Assembly (NCBI GenBank): GCA_963769425.1
Contig: CAVYLP010000004.1
Span: 1-64,000, forward strand
Origin: Candidatus Bathyarchaeota archaeon
Lineage (GTDB): Archaea > Thermoproteota > Bathyarchaeia > TCS64
Direction of reading: 5' to 3'
Length of the DNA: 64,000 nucleotides
The position numbers and the translations under genes were made by a program. Below are positions 19,333-29,751 of the stretch, piece by piece. Under the pieces are notes generated by a model. That model did not search any database, was not told the DNA's origin, and saw nothing but the letters and a program-made list of their open reading frames with translations. Every line of letters starts with the position of its first letter. Positions within the stretch are counted from its first letter, which is position 1.

Positions 19333-19901
19333 TACTGTATGCCCATCGTCGAGACGAATGACTTCGGTGCCTTTACCTCCCTGACCTCGTTAACGAAGTC
19401 GGCCCTGTCGATGAGGGCTTGAGGGGCGTACCTACCGGTGAGTACAGCGTCAGTACCAGTGGGGAGTTTGTCGAGTAGGGAGATCACGTCGCCGCTCTCG
19501 ATGATTCCCATGTGGGAGGCGAGGCAGACCTCGTCGAGGATAATTAGTTCGGGTGGGTGCTCACCTGTGATTACCCTCTCCGCGTATTTCATCGCCTTCT
19601 TCGCCGCTGCCTTGTCCTCCTCCGCGGCGCTTCTGAGGCTCGCCTTAAAGCCGCCAACATCGACATCGTTACCCGCCTTTCCCGTCTTTATCCAGCCTGG
19701 TCTCCCGAACTGCCTTATCTCGTAGAGGGGGGCGAGGGTCTTCGCGGCCTTGTACTCTCCGGTCTTTTTCCAGTACTTGAGGAACTGGACGACTACGACG
19801 CGGTGACCGTGGCCGATGGACCTGAGGGCGAGGCCGAGGGATGCCGCGGTCTTGCCCCCGCCGGTGCCGTAGTAGAGGTAGACGTGACCCATGGCCATCA
19901 C
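19329..19901 (-). CDS. cobA: Cob(I)alamin adenosyltransferase (CobA/BtuR)
   Basis: YYGTGGGKTAASLGLALR, QFLK, ILDE and LTGR motifs; overlaps the nrdJ stop. Confidence 0.9.
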   Translation of the reverse strand: MMAMGHVYLYYGTGGGKTAASLGLALRSIGHGHRVVVVQFLKYWKKTGEYKAAKTLAPLYEIRQFGRPGWIKTGKAGNDVDVGGFKASLRSAAEEDKAAAKKAMKYAERVITGEHPPELIILDEVCLASHMGIIESGDVISLLDKLPTGTDAVLTGRYAPQALIDRADFVNEVREVKAPKSFVSTMGIQY

Positions 19902-22003
19902 CCGCAGACCTCGCAGCCCTCGACGGGGCGGCCGCCGGCGTACTCCGCCTCGGCGGTCGCGACCTTCTCTTCGCCGCGTGCCTCAACGCCGAGGTTAAGG
20001 ACCTGTGCCCCCTTGCTGCCGTAGCGGTAGATGGTGACGCCCTTGCAGTGTAACTCGTGGGCGAGACGGTAGACCCCCTCCACGTCGCCTATGCTCGCGT
20101 CCTCGGGGAGGTTGACTGTCTTGGAGACGGCGTTCTCGGTGTACTTCTGCCAAGCGGCCTGTATCCGGACGTGCCATTCGGGCTTTATGTCATGGGCGGT
20201 GACGAAGAGGCGGCGTACGTCCTCGGGGATCCCCTCGATGTTCTTGATGGTGCCGTGGCTCACGATCTTCTCCAGTGTCTCGCCGCCGTAGAAGCCGCGG
20301 TCCTTCGCGATCTGCTCGAAGATTGGGTGTAGCTCGAAGAGGCGTGCACCCTCTAGAACGTGGCGCATGAAAGCGATGGCAAAGAGTGGCTCGACACCCG
20401 AGGAGCAGCCGGCGATGATGCTTATGGTACCTGTGGGGGCGACGGTGGTCACTGTCGCGTTCCTACGCGCCCTGTACTTACCCTCCCAGATGCTCCCCCC
20501 GAAGTTGGGGAATGAGCCACGCTTCAGCCCGAACTCCTCGGAGGCCTTCGCCGACTCATCCTCCATGAACTTCGCAATCTCCTCCCCTATCTGTACCGCC
20601 CTCTCGGAGTCGTAGGGGACGCCCATGAGGATGAGGAGGTCCGCGAAGCCCATGACGCCTAGACCGATCTTCCTGTTGGCCCGCGTGATGGCGTCCGTCT
20701 CCTTGAGGGGGTAGGGGTTGACGTCTATGACGTTATCGAGGAACCTGATAGCGGTCTGTATGGTGGCGCGTAGCTTCTCCCAGTCGACTGAAGCGTCCGC
20801 CTTCAACATCTTGGAGAGGTTGATGCTGCCGAGATTGCAGGACTCGTAGGGGAGCAGCGGCTGTTCACCGCAGGGGTTTGTGGACTCCATCGCGCCGACC
20901 TTGGGGGTCGGGTTGTACCTGTTGACTTCGTCTATGAAGACGATTCCGGGGTCTCCGCTCCTCCATGCGTTGTCGACTATCCTGTCCCAGACGTAGCGGG
21001 CGCTGAGCCGCTTCGCGGGTTTCTTTGTCCTTGGGTTGATGAGGTCGTAGTCGGTGTTCTTCTCGACGGCCTCCATGAAGGCGTCGGTGACGGTGACGCT
21101 TATGTTGAAGTTTGTGAGGACGCCGGGGCGGGCCTTTGAGGTTATGAACTCGATGACGTCGGGGTGGTCGACTCGTAGGATGGCCATCATGGCGCCGCGG
21201 CGGCGGCCACCGGCCTTTATGACCTCGGTGGCGGCGTCGAATATCTTCATGAAGCTGACGGGGCCGCTGGCGACGCCCATGGTGGTTTTGACGATGTCGC
21301 CGGAGGGGCGGAGCCTGCTGAAGTCGAAGCCAACGCCTCCGCCCGTCTGCTCGATGAGTGCCATGTTCTTGAGGGTTGTGAAGATGCCCTCTAGGCTGTC
21401 CTCGACGGGGAGGACGTAGCAGGCGCTTAGGGCGAAGCCGGTCTTTGTGCCGGCGTTGAAGAGGGTTGGGCTGTTTGGGATGAACTCGAGGCGGCTCATG
21501 GCGGTGTAGAACTCCTTGGCACCGGCCTCGGGGTCGCCCCCGTACGCCTTGTCTGCGGCGGCTATTGCCTTGGCGACCCTCCAGAACATGCCGGTGGGGG
21601 TCTCTACGATCTGCCCCTTCTCGTCCTTGAGGAGGTAACGTTTTTCGAGGACCTCCATGGCGTTGACGGTGAGTTTGGGTTCGTCGAGGATGCCGAGCTC
21701 CCCCCTGAGGGCGCGGAGTTCGGCCTTCCTCAGTCTGTATGATTGATAATCCTTGGCGACGGGGTCGTGCCCCATCTCTTGTAGGGTCTCGACGACTAGG
21801 TCCTGGATAGCCTCGACTGTGGGGGTCCCACCGGGGTAGAGCCTGTCCAGCTTCTCGACGACCCTGTCGCTGACGGCCTTGGCGGTTGTGCCGTCGCTGC
21901 CCTCGACGGCGAAGAGGGCCTTGTAGATTGCGTTTGTTATCTTACTCTGGTCGAAGGGGACGACCCTTCCGTCCCTCTTCTTGACGCTGTTGACGGTGGA
22001 CAC
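19898..22003 (-). CDS. nrdJ: Class II adenosylcobalamin-dependent ribonucleotide reductase with ATP cone
   Basis: VKKRDG ATP cone, PNSPTLFNAG, SACYV, TNPCGEQ, APTGTIS and C-terminal CEVC. Confidence 0.95.
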   Translation of the reverse strand: MSTVNSVKKRDGRVVPFDQSKITNAIYKALFAVEGSDGTTAKAVSDRVVEKLDRLYPGGTPTVEAIQDLVVETLQEMGHDPVAKDYQSYRLRKAELRALRGELGILDEPKLTVNAMEVLEKRYLLKDEKGQIVETPTGMFWRVAKAIAAADKAYGGDPEAGAKEFYTAMSRLEFIPNSPTLFNAGTKTGFALSACYVLPVEDSLEGIFTTLKNMALIEQTGGGVGFDFSRLRPSGDIVKTTMGVASGPVSFMKIFDAATEVIKAGGRRRGAMMAILRVDHPDVIEFITSKARPGVLTNFNISVTVTDAFMEAVEKNTDYDLINPRTKKPAKRLSARYVWDRIVDNAWRSGDPGIVFIDEVNRYNPTPKVGAMESTNPCGEQPLLPYESCNLGSINLSKMLKADASVDWEKLRATIQTAIRFLDNVIDVNPYPLKETDAITRANRKIGLGVMGFADLLILMGVPYDSERAVQIGEEIAKFMEDESAKASEEFGLKRGSFPNFGGSIWEGKYRARRNATVTTVAPTGTISIIAGCSSGVEPLFAIAFMRHVLEGARLFELHPIFEQIAKDRGFYGGETLEKIVSHGTIKNIEGIPEDVRRLFVTAHDIKPEWHVRIQAAWQKYTENAVSKTVNLPEDASIGDVEGVYRLAHELHCKGVTIYRYGSKGAQVLNLGVEARGEEKVATAEAEYAGGRPVEGCEVCG

Positions 22004-22067
22004 GCCGTTTTCCTCGGTTATTCGGGGTTCACGGCTGTATTAGAATCCACGGGTGTTTCAGTGTTGG

Positions 22068-23210
22068 CTACTGCTTGGAGTAGAGGTCGAGTGGTGTCTG
22101 CCCGGTGAGCTTCGACTCCTTGATTAGGAAGTCGCGTAGTTCTCCTTCGTCTTTGAAGATTCTTGTGCTGTACCACTCGAAGAATGGGCTGGGTTCGTAT
22201 GGGTAGTAGACGTAGACGAGTTTGGCGAGGCTCTTGGCGTAGACCATCTCGCACATGACGCCGGCGCTTATGCTCTGGCGTGGGTGGTAGACGACTACCA
22301 TGTTGCTGTTCTCGATTATCTTGTAGTCGCCGTCGATTATCTGGAAGCGGAGGTTCTTTATGGCCGGCTCGACCTCGGCAGCGTCTAATATGACCTCCTT
22401 GGGGCCGTCGTGGTACTGTATGCGTACGGGTATCCTGTTTGGACGGGGCTCGCCGAGGTCTATGGCGGAGTTTAGGGCGTCGCGCCAGCACTCGACTATC
22501 TCCCAGTCCTTGATCATGGATGGGTCGTAGACTATGTAGTAGTCCTTGAGGGCCGCTGCGAATTTGGTGAACCTCCTGAAGGAGTCTTCGTCCTCGCCGG
22601 TTATGGGATGGCTTAGGTAGAACTTCTCCTTGCGAGGATTGTAGATGATGTCGCGTAGGAAGTCAGGGCCGTTCTCGTAGGCGACTATCTGGACCTCCTT
22701 ACGTGGGGTGAAGCCTCTGGCCTGCTCGTAGACGTCCGCCATCTCCTCGCGGCGCCAGTTGGCGATCTCGCCGAGGGTGTATCTGTGCTCCATCCACTGT
22801 GGGTCCTTAGCGAGGCGCTCCCTGACCCTGATTATGTCATCAAAGACGACGACGAAGAGGTCGGGGTCGAGGCGCTCGACGTCTCCGTGGTCTAGGCCCT
22901 TGAAGCGGTTGCCCTTCCACTCGAAGTGGTGGGGGGTGCTGATTATGTTGACTCCGCCGCGTTCCTTGATCTCAGCCTCGATTCGGGTGACGGCGGCCTC
23001 GCGTAGGGCATCCATCCTCTCGGGCTGGCTATCGTAGAAGTCGAGTATGTTGAGCTTGCTGAGGTTTGTGCCTTCGAGGCGTGCCTGCTCGACTATGTAC
23101 TCGAAGAGGTGGTAGTAGTGGAAGCTGGCCTTCTCCCTCATTTTGGTGAGCATCTCGTCGCGGCCGTTGCCGGGGGGGCCGGTGCAGATGATGACGCGCC
23201 TCGCGGACAT
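22068..23210 (-). CDS. NMP-kinase-like P-loop domain fused to a nucleoside 2'-deoxyribosyltransferase-like domain
   Basis: ICTGPPGNGRD P-loop variant and WRREE; C-terminal FYLSHPIT...DYKIIENSNMVVVY...SAGVMCEMVYA. Confidence 0.65.
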   Translation of the reverse strand: MSARRVIICTGPPGNGRDEMLTKMREKASFHYYHLFEYIVEQARLEGTNLSKLNILDFYDSQPERMDALREAAVTRIEAEIKERGGVNIISTPHHFEWKGNRFKGLDHGDVERLDPDLFVVVFDDIIRVRERLAKDPQWMEHRYTLGEIANWRREEMADVYEQARGFTPRKEVQIVAYENGPDFLRDIIYNPRKEKFYLSHPITGEDEDSFRRFTKFAAALKDYYIVYDPSMIKDWEIVECWRDALNSAIDLGEPRPNRIPVRIQYHDGPKEVILDAAEVEPAIKNLRFQIIDGDYKIIENSNMVVVYHPRQSISAGVMCEMVYAKSLAKLVYVYYPYEPSPFFEWYSTRIFKDEGELRDFLIKESKLTGQTPLDLYSKQ

Positions 23211-23302
23211 GGCTGATGATTAGGCTTAGCGCCTTTTTATCTACATCTCCTCGCTGGGAAGTTATTTCTAGCCGCGGTGCCTATTCGGATGGGTGGTTCA
23301 GC

Positions 23303-24511
23303 ATGTCCTATTATGAGCCTCTGAGGTCGTTTGAGCTTCACATGCCGAGCAGGGTGCTGTTCGGGATCAACTACGTCGAGAAGATTGGCGTCGAGGCGAA
23401 GCGCTTCGGCGCCGCGAAGGTTCTGGTGGTGACGGATAAGGGCGTCTCGAAGACGGGTGCGCCGGAGAGGGTGAGGGCCCTGCTGGCGAAGGAGGGGCTC
23501 AGTGCGGAGGTCTGGGACAACGCGGAGACGGAGCCAAGCATAGGCAGCGTCGTGGGGCTACGCGACCACATCATGAAGGGGGGATTCGACTTGCTCATCG
23601 GCCTCGGCGGGGGGAGCTGCATGGACATGGCGAAGGCCGCCGCGGTCCTAAGCCGCAACGAGGGGGATCCGGAGGACTACTTCTCCGGCGGGAAACGGGA
23701 GTTCACCAAGCCGGGGATACCATGCATCACCATCCCCACGACGGCCGGGACGGGTGCCGAGATAACGTGGGACGCCGTCGTCAAGGACAAGACCGGCATC
23801 AAGGCAGTCTACGAACACGCGTACATAATGCCGACGCTCACCATCGTCGACCCGACGATGTCGGCGAGCATGCCGCCGAGGCTCACCGCCTCCTCCGGCA
23901 TTGACGCCCTCAGCCACGCAATAGAGTCGAGCCTGACGAAGTTCACGAACCCGATAACCTTCGCGCTCGCCCTCCAGTCCATACAGCTCATCTCAAGCAA
24001 CCTGAGGAAGGCCGTCTACCAGCCGAACAACCTCGAGGCCCGGTACAACATGGCGCTGGCGACGCTGACGGAGGCGTTCTCAGAGATGAACGCGGGGGAC
24101 ATCGAGGCGCACGGCTTTGGCCACCTCATCGGCTCCGTCTACAGGATACCCCACGGCATCGCCTGCGGGATAGCACTCCCCCACGCCATGGAGCACAACA
24201 TACTCGTCGCCTCGGACCGCCTCGCCGCGATAGCGGAGGCGATGGGAGTCGACACCACCGGTATGACCCTCAAGCAGGCCGCCAACTCGGCGGTGGACGC
24301 CGTCGCCGAACTCATCGAGGACGTGGGGCTGCCCACGACACTGAGGGAGGTTGGGGTGAGGAGGGAGGACCTGCCGAGGCTCGCCGAGCAGGCCGTGACC
24401 ATCCCCTGGATCAAGGTCATGTTCAGCTACGCGATACGTGACATGACGAAGGAGCTTGCCCTAGAGTTCCTTGAGGAGATATACGGCGAGGAAAACCCCC
24501 TCGTCTCCTAA
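23303..24511 (+). CDS. Iron-containing alcohol dehydrogenase
   Basis: GLGGGSCMD, IPTTAGTGAE, DALSHAIE, H...PHG; start placed at ATG 23303. Confidence 0.92.
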   Translation: MSYYEPLRSFELHMPSRVLFGINYVEKIGVEAKRFGAAKVLVVTDKGVSKTGAPERVRALLAKEGLSAEVWDNAETEPSIGSVVGLRDHIMKGGFDLLIGLGGGSCMDMAKAAAVLSRNEGDPEDYFSGGKREFTKPGIPCITIPTTAGTGAEITWDAVVKDKTGIKAVYEHAYIMPTLTIVDPTMSASMPPRLTASSGIDALSHAIESSLTKFTNPITFALALQSIQLISSNLRKAVYQPNNLEARYNMALATLTEAFSEMNAGDIEAHGFGHLIGSVYRIPHGIACGIALPHAMEHNILVASDRLAAIAEAMGVDTTGMTLKQAANSAVDAVAELIEDVGLPTTLREVGVRREDLPRLAEQAVTIPWIKVMFSYAIRDMTKELALEFLEEIYGEENPLVS

Positions 24512-24575
24512 AGGTGTCGTAGTTTACGGCGCGTGGAAACGCTTTAAACCCTAATCTCTGAACCCTAGGTGGCGC

Positions 24576-24651
24576 GAGCCCGTTGCCCAGCGGATAAGGC
24601 GCCGGCCTCCGAAGCCGGAGAGCGTGGGTTCGAATCCCACCGGGCTCGCCA
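24576..24651 (+). tRNA. tRNA-Arg (anticodon CCG), intronless, CCA encoded
   Basis: Acceptor stem GAGCCCG/CGGGCTC, anticodon arm CCGGC-CTCCGAA-GCCGG, T-loop GGTTCGAATCC; TTTAAA at 24543. Confidence 0.97.
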
Positions 24652-24799
24652 CTACTTCTCAAACGAGTCAGGCAACGTTGGGGTAGAGGTCCACAAACAT
24701 CTTCGCGTATACGGGGTCGATGCCGTACTCCTTCAGCCCTCCACCATCCAACTCACATACTTCTTAAGGCTTAAATCTCGCAAAACGACGGGAACGAAC

Positions 24800-25446
24800 A
24801 TGGCCCCACACTCCAGCGATGTACAAGCATCCGATGAACTCGACCACGGCATCACCCTCCCTGTCAACGTGAAGATCGAGGCCGACCACACGTTTACGAC
24901 CTCTCCGAGGCCAAGGCCATCCTGGGCAAGGCTAGAAAAATAGTCGTGGGGGACTGCCCATGCAGGACCGAGCACCACAACTGCAACGCCCCAATCGACG
25001 TCTGCCTCAGTCTAGACGAGCAGGCCGACATCTCCCTGAGAAACGGAGGAAACAACCGCGAGGTGACCCTCGACGAGGCCCTTGCCATCCTAAAGAGGAG
25101 CCACGAGGCCGGGCTCGTCCACATGGCGTACGTCGCCAAGGGCGCCGACAAGCCGAAGATCCTCTGCAGCTGCTGCGCTTGCTGCTGCAACACCCTCGGC
25201 CCCATGATCCAGAAGGGCACATTCGAACTCATACTATCCTCCAAGTACGTCGCAGAGGACGACCGCGATATGTGCACAGCTTGCGGCGTCTGCACCCACC
25301 GCTGCATATTCGGGGCTAGGAGGCTCGCCGATGGGGAACTCGCCTACGACCCATCCAAATGTATGGGCTGCGGCGTCTGCGTATCCACATGCCCTACCGG
25401 CACGATCTCGATGGTCCCCCGCAAAACCAACCCCCCGAGAAAGTAG
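24800..25446 (+). CDS. 4Fe-4S dicluster-binding protein (frameshift near 24890)
   Basis: CPCR...C...C, CSCCACCC, CTACGVCTHRC and CMGCGVCVSTCP. Confidence 0.8.
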
Positions 25447-25515
25447 CTACAAATGGAGCGATACTCATTTTAAGACGCTACCCCCCCGCCATACTGGACA
25501 AAAGAGTGAATTGAC

Positions 25516-27454
25516 ATGTCCAACCCACTCGCGAAGCTGAGAGAGGAGTGCCAGCGCCAACTAACGGTAGCCACCGAGGCCGCCTACCCCGGCACAGCCC
25601 TCCCCGAGTCCAAGTTCAGCCAGCCGCCCGACCCCAAGATGGGCGAGCTGGCATCAGCCGCATCATTCCAGCTCGCGAAGGCTCTGAGGCAGAAGCCAGC
25701 CGACATAGCCGTCAACATCGCGAAGCACGTGAAGCGCCACGGGCTCGTCGCCTCCGCCGAGGCGGTCAACGGCTACATAAACTTCCACGCAGACGAGGGC
25801 AACTACTACAAGCTCGTCTTCGAGACCGCCGCGGCTGACCCCGAGTACGGGTACCTCAAGGTCGAGAAGCCGCAGAAGATCATGGTGGAGCACACCTCCG
25901 CTAACCCCATCCACCCAATCACCATCGGCCACGCACGAAACGCCATCACCGGCGCCTGCCTCGCAAACATGCTACGCCTACGCGGCAACCACATCCGCGT
26001 CGACTTCCTAGTCAACGACATGGGCCGCCAAGTAGCCCTAGCCACTTGGGGCTGGACGCTCCTCGGCAAACCCGAGCCCGACCGCGCCACCCGCGGCGAG
26101 ATATTCATCGGCAACATCTACGCCTCCACAAACGTCAGCATGGAGCTCCTGCGCGTCGCCAAGGAGACGAAGGCGGCCGAGGAGAAGGGCGACGTCCCCA
26201 TGATCGCGGAGCTGCAGGAGGAGCAGGAGAAGTTCGAGAACGCGGCCGCCGACCTGGAGAAGACCGCCCCCAAGATATACAACGCCCTCAAGGCGAAGAT
26301 CGCCACCTACGCCGACCCAGCCGCCGAGATAGCCAAGCTCAACACAGCCTACGAGAACAACGACCCAGAGACGAAGAAGGCGGTCCGCCGCCTCGTCAAG
26401 ATATGCATCGACGGCTTCACCCAGACAATGGGCGAACTGGGCATACGCTACGACTCATTCGACTACGAATCCGACCTCGTCTGGGAGCACAAGGCGGACG
26501 AGGTGCTCGAGGCACTCAAGCACACGGACTTCGTCGAGCGCGACCAGGGCGCACTGGTTCTCAACTGCAACTCGGTCGCCAACATATACGCCCTAAAGCA
26601 GCGCTGGGGGCTAGCCCCCAACCACGAGATACCCCGCCTCGTCCTCGTCAGGAGCGACGGCACCACCCTCTACACCCTCACGAGACATGGCGTACAGCAT
26701 CTACAAGTTCGGCACGGGCATGGACAGGGTCATAAACGTCATCGGGCAGGAGCAGGCGCTCGCGCAGCTCCAGCTCCGCATCGCCCTCGTCGCCATCGGC
26801 AAGCCCGAGATGGGGGACAACCAGATGCACTTCGGCTACGAGTTCGTCAAGCTCCCCGAGGGCAAGATGAGCGGGCGCCTCGGCAGATTCGTCGCCCTAA
26901 ACGACGTCATGGACCGAAGCACCGAACTCGCCCTAGAGGAAGTCACGAAGCGCACACCCGACCTCCCCGAGGCGCAGCGCAGGGACATCGCCCGCATGGT
27001 CGGCATAGGCGCCGTCAAGTACGCCCTACTAAGCGTCGACGCCAACAAGCAGGTCATCTTCGACTGGGCCAAGGCTCTAAACTTCGAGACGAACAGCGCC
27101 CCATTCATCCAGTACAGCCACGCCCGCTGCTGCAACATACTCATACGCGCAAAGGAGCACCCCGCCCCAGACTTCAGCCAGCTCACCGACCCCAAGGAGC
27201 GCGAGATAGTCAGCGTCGTCGCAAACTGGCCCGAGGTCTTCGCCGAGGCCGCCGACGTGCTAAAACCCGGCACAATCACCGCCTACCTGAACAGCCTCGC
27301 GGACAGGTTCAACAGCTTCTACTCGAGCCTACGCGTCCTAAACGCGGAGACCCCCGGCCTAGTCGGGGCGCGCCTCGCCCTAGTCGACGCCGTCCGTGTC
27401 GTCCTCAAGAACGGCTGCGAAGCCCTCGGCATCGAAGCCCCAGAGCGTATGTAG
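25516..27454 (+). CDS. argS: Arginyl-tRNA synthetase (frameshift near 26685)
   Basis: EHTSANPIHPITIGHARN, RSDGTTLY, KMSGRLG, PFIQYSHAR and C-terminal LGIEAPERM. Confidence 0.95.
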
Positions 27455-27654
27455 GTTACACATGATACCACATTACAGTTCGACACGTCGCAGTAGGGAG
27501 AGTTTCTCTCCACTGTGTAGAGAGTCACTTTGATAATCTTCTCACCGTTCGGCTAATTGAACTCGAACTCGTCACCGAAGATACATGCCAAGATGCCGGT
27601 TGGAGATTTCATCTTTATTAACGGTGCAGCCAACACATCTCCGAGGGATGAGTA

Positions 27655-28367
27655 TTGTGCGCAAAAGTATCCGAGACCGATCCCCGACTCGAAGCGAAGA
27701 ACATCGAGTACACCGGCGAGACGGGGAAGGTCAAGGCGTATCAGGCTAGACCGAAGGGATCCAGGAGACACCCCGGCGTCGTCGTCATCCAGGAGGTATT
27801 CGGCCTAAACAGACACATCGAGGACGTCGCAAGGCGCGTGGCGCTGGAGGGCTATCTAGTCGTCGCCCCCGACGCCCTCTCCCCGCTCGGCGGGTCGCCC
27901 GGCAACGACGACGAGGCGAGGGCGATGATGCAGAAGCTCGACTACCAGAGAACCGTCAAGGACTTCGTCGCCGCCGTCAAGTACCTCCGAACCAACCCCC
28001 AGTCCACGGGCAAGGTCGGCGTCACCGGATTCTGCTGGGGCGGCGGCATGACGAACCAGGTAGCCGTCAAACTCGGACGTTGACGCCGCGGTCTCCCTTC
28101 TACGGAATGCAGCCGAAGCCGGAGGAGGTGCCCAAGATCAAGGCCTCCCTGCTAATACACTACGCCGGAGAGGATGAACGGATCAACGCGGGTATGGCCG
28201 CCTACGAGGAGGCCCTGAAGAGCGCCGGAGTGGACTACAAACAGTACATCTACCCCGGAACCAAGCACGGCTTCTTCAACGACACGAGGCCCATATACAA
28301 CGAAGAGGCGGCCAAGCTCGCCTGGAGTCGAACCATCAAGTTCTTCGGTGAGAAGCTGAAGACCTAG
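27655..28367 (+). CDS. Dienelactone hydrolase family protein (frameshift near 28078)
   Basis: [24 protein letters not shown] and HGFFND. Confidence 0.88.
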
Positions 28368-28368
28368 C

Positions 28369-29514
28369 CTAACCCCGGTTCTGCAGCTTCCACACCCTGG
28401 CTACCTCTGATACGAAGGGCTTGCAGTGGGTGAAGAATCGCCTGTACCCCTCGCACAGGTAGTTCAGCCCCGGCTCCCCGTCGAGGGTAGTTCCCAACCG
28501 ATTCTTGGGGCACTCGCCGTTGCACATGTCTCTGACCGGGCACTCCCTGCAGAGCCTCGGCAGGCCCCCGAGTTTCGCCTCCCCGAACCTCTTCAGCCGA
28601 GGGTCCTCGACGAGGTCGATTAGACTCGTATCCCGCAGGTTCCCGAGCAGGTGATCCACATCGACGAAGTGGTCGCACGAGTAGAAGTCGCCGTTGTGCT
28701 CGAGGACGGGAATGTCGCCGCAGGTAGGCCTGAATATGCAGAGCGAGTGTTCCTGCCCGAAGGCCGTTCTAAGCGCCTCCTCGAATATCTGCACCTTCAC
28801 CTTGCCGATGTCCTCCCGGACCCACTCGTCGAATACCGCGCAGAGGAACCGCCCCCAGGCCTCCGGCGGCACACTCCTCGGGCTGACACGGGGCTTCGAC
28901 CCCGGCTGCGGCTCGACCAAGGGTAGGAAGGTGATGTTTCGGGCGCCGAGCTGCTTGAAGTACCTGTACACCCGGAGGGGAACCTGGGCGCTACGCGCGT
29001 TGACTACGCAAAGTATCTCAGGCTGAACGCCGTATCTCTGCAGCAGCCTGTATCCGCGGATCACCTCGCCGTGTGTCGGCTTACCGTCCTTCGTGCGCCG
29101 GTACTCGTCGTGGATGTCCTCCGGGCCATCCAGGCTGATGCCGACGTAGAAACCATGCTCGGCGAGGAAGCGGCACCAACTCTCGTCGAGGAGCGTGCCG
29201 TTTGTCTGCATGCCGTTGACGATCCTCTTACCCGCGCGCCCGTGCCTGCGCTGTAGGTCTATTATCCTCTGGAAGTAGCCCAGCCCGAGTACCGTGGGCT
29301 CGCCGCCGTGCCACGAGAAGTAGACCGTCTCCGAGGGGGAGACCTCGATATGCTGGGCGATATAGGAGTCGAGGAGATCGTCGGGCAGCTTACACGACTC
29401 CTCCTCGGGGTAGAGGTACCCCTTATCGAGGTAGTAGCAGTATTGGCAACCAAGGTTGCAGCTGGCTCCCGCTGGTTTGACGAATACCTGATACTCGTGT
29501 GAGGCTCTGGGCAT
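28369..29514 (-). CDS. Anaerobic sulfatase maturase (radical SAM/SPASM)
   Basis: KPAGASCNLGCQYCYY, WHGGEP, QTNGTLL, YSCDHFV and CRECPVRDMCNGECPK. Confidence 0.9.
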   Translation of the reverse strand: MPRASHEYQVFVKPAGASCNLGCQYCYYLDKGYLYPEEESCKLPDDLLDSYIAQHIEVSPSETVYFSWHGGEPTVLGLGYFQRIIDLQRRHGRAGKRIVNGMQTNGTLLDESWCRFLAEHGFYVGISLDGPEDIHDEYRRTKDGKPTHGEVIRGYRLLQRYGVQPEILCVVNARSAQVPLRVYRYFKQLGARNITFLPLVEPQPGSKPRVSPRSVPPEAWGRFLCAVFDEWVREDIGKVKVQIFEEALRTAFGQEHSLCIFRPTCGDIPVLEHNGDFYSCDHFVDVDHLLGNLRDTSLIDLVEDPRLKRFGEAKLGGLPRLCRECPVRDMCNGECPKNRLGTTLDGEPGLNYLCEGYRRFFTHCKPFVSEVARVWKLQNRG

Positions 29515-29584
29515 CTAGGGTTACTTATCCACGCAGCCGTGATAAAATACTGCGCACCTATCCGCTTTCTTCCCACAGTTCGGA

Positions 29585-29697
29585 GTCCTCAACGCCGAGA
29601 CTCCTAGGCTCAATGGCGCACGTATAGCACTCATCGACGCCGTTCGTGTCGTCCTCAAGAACGGCTGCGAAGTCCTCGGCATCGAGGCCCCAAAGCG
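29585..29697 (+). pseudogene. argS: Duplicated, diverged 3' fragment of argS
   Basis: Translates VLNAETPRLNGARIALIDAVRVVLKNGCEVLGIEAPKR versus argS VLNAETPGLVGARLALVDAVRVVLKNGCEALGIEAPER (27335-27447). Confidence 0.9.
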
Positions 29698-29751
29698 ACC
29701 ACACGAGTCTCAGTTTCCCTTAAATACCCCCAACCCGTACCCACAAAGACA

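Noticed and set aside
24576-24760. Integrated element at tRNA-Arg
   Set aside because: No duplicate of the tRNA 3' end and no integrase seen; only a short possible gene remnant on the minus strand
27460-27612. Minus-strand reading frame with an in-frame TAG (possible pyrrolysine readthrough)
   Set aside because: Short, no recognisable family and no pyl genes in the window; more likely a decayed remnant
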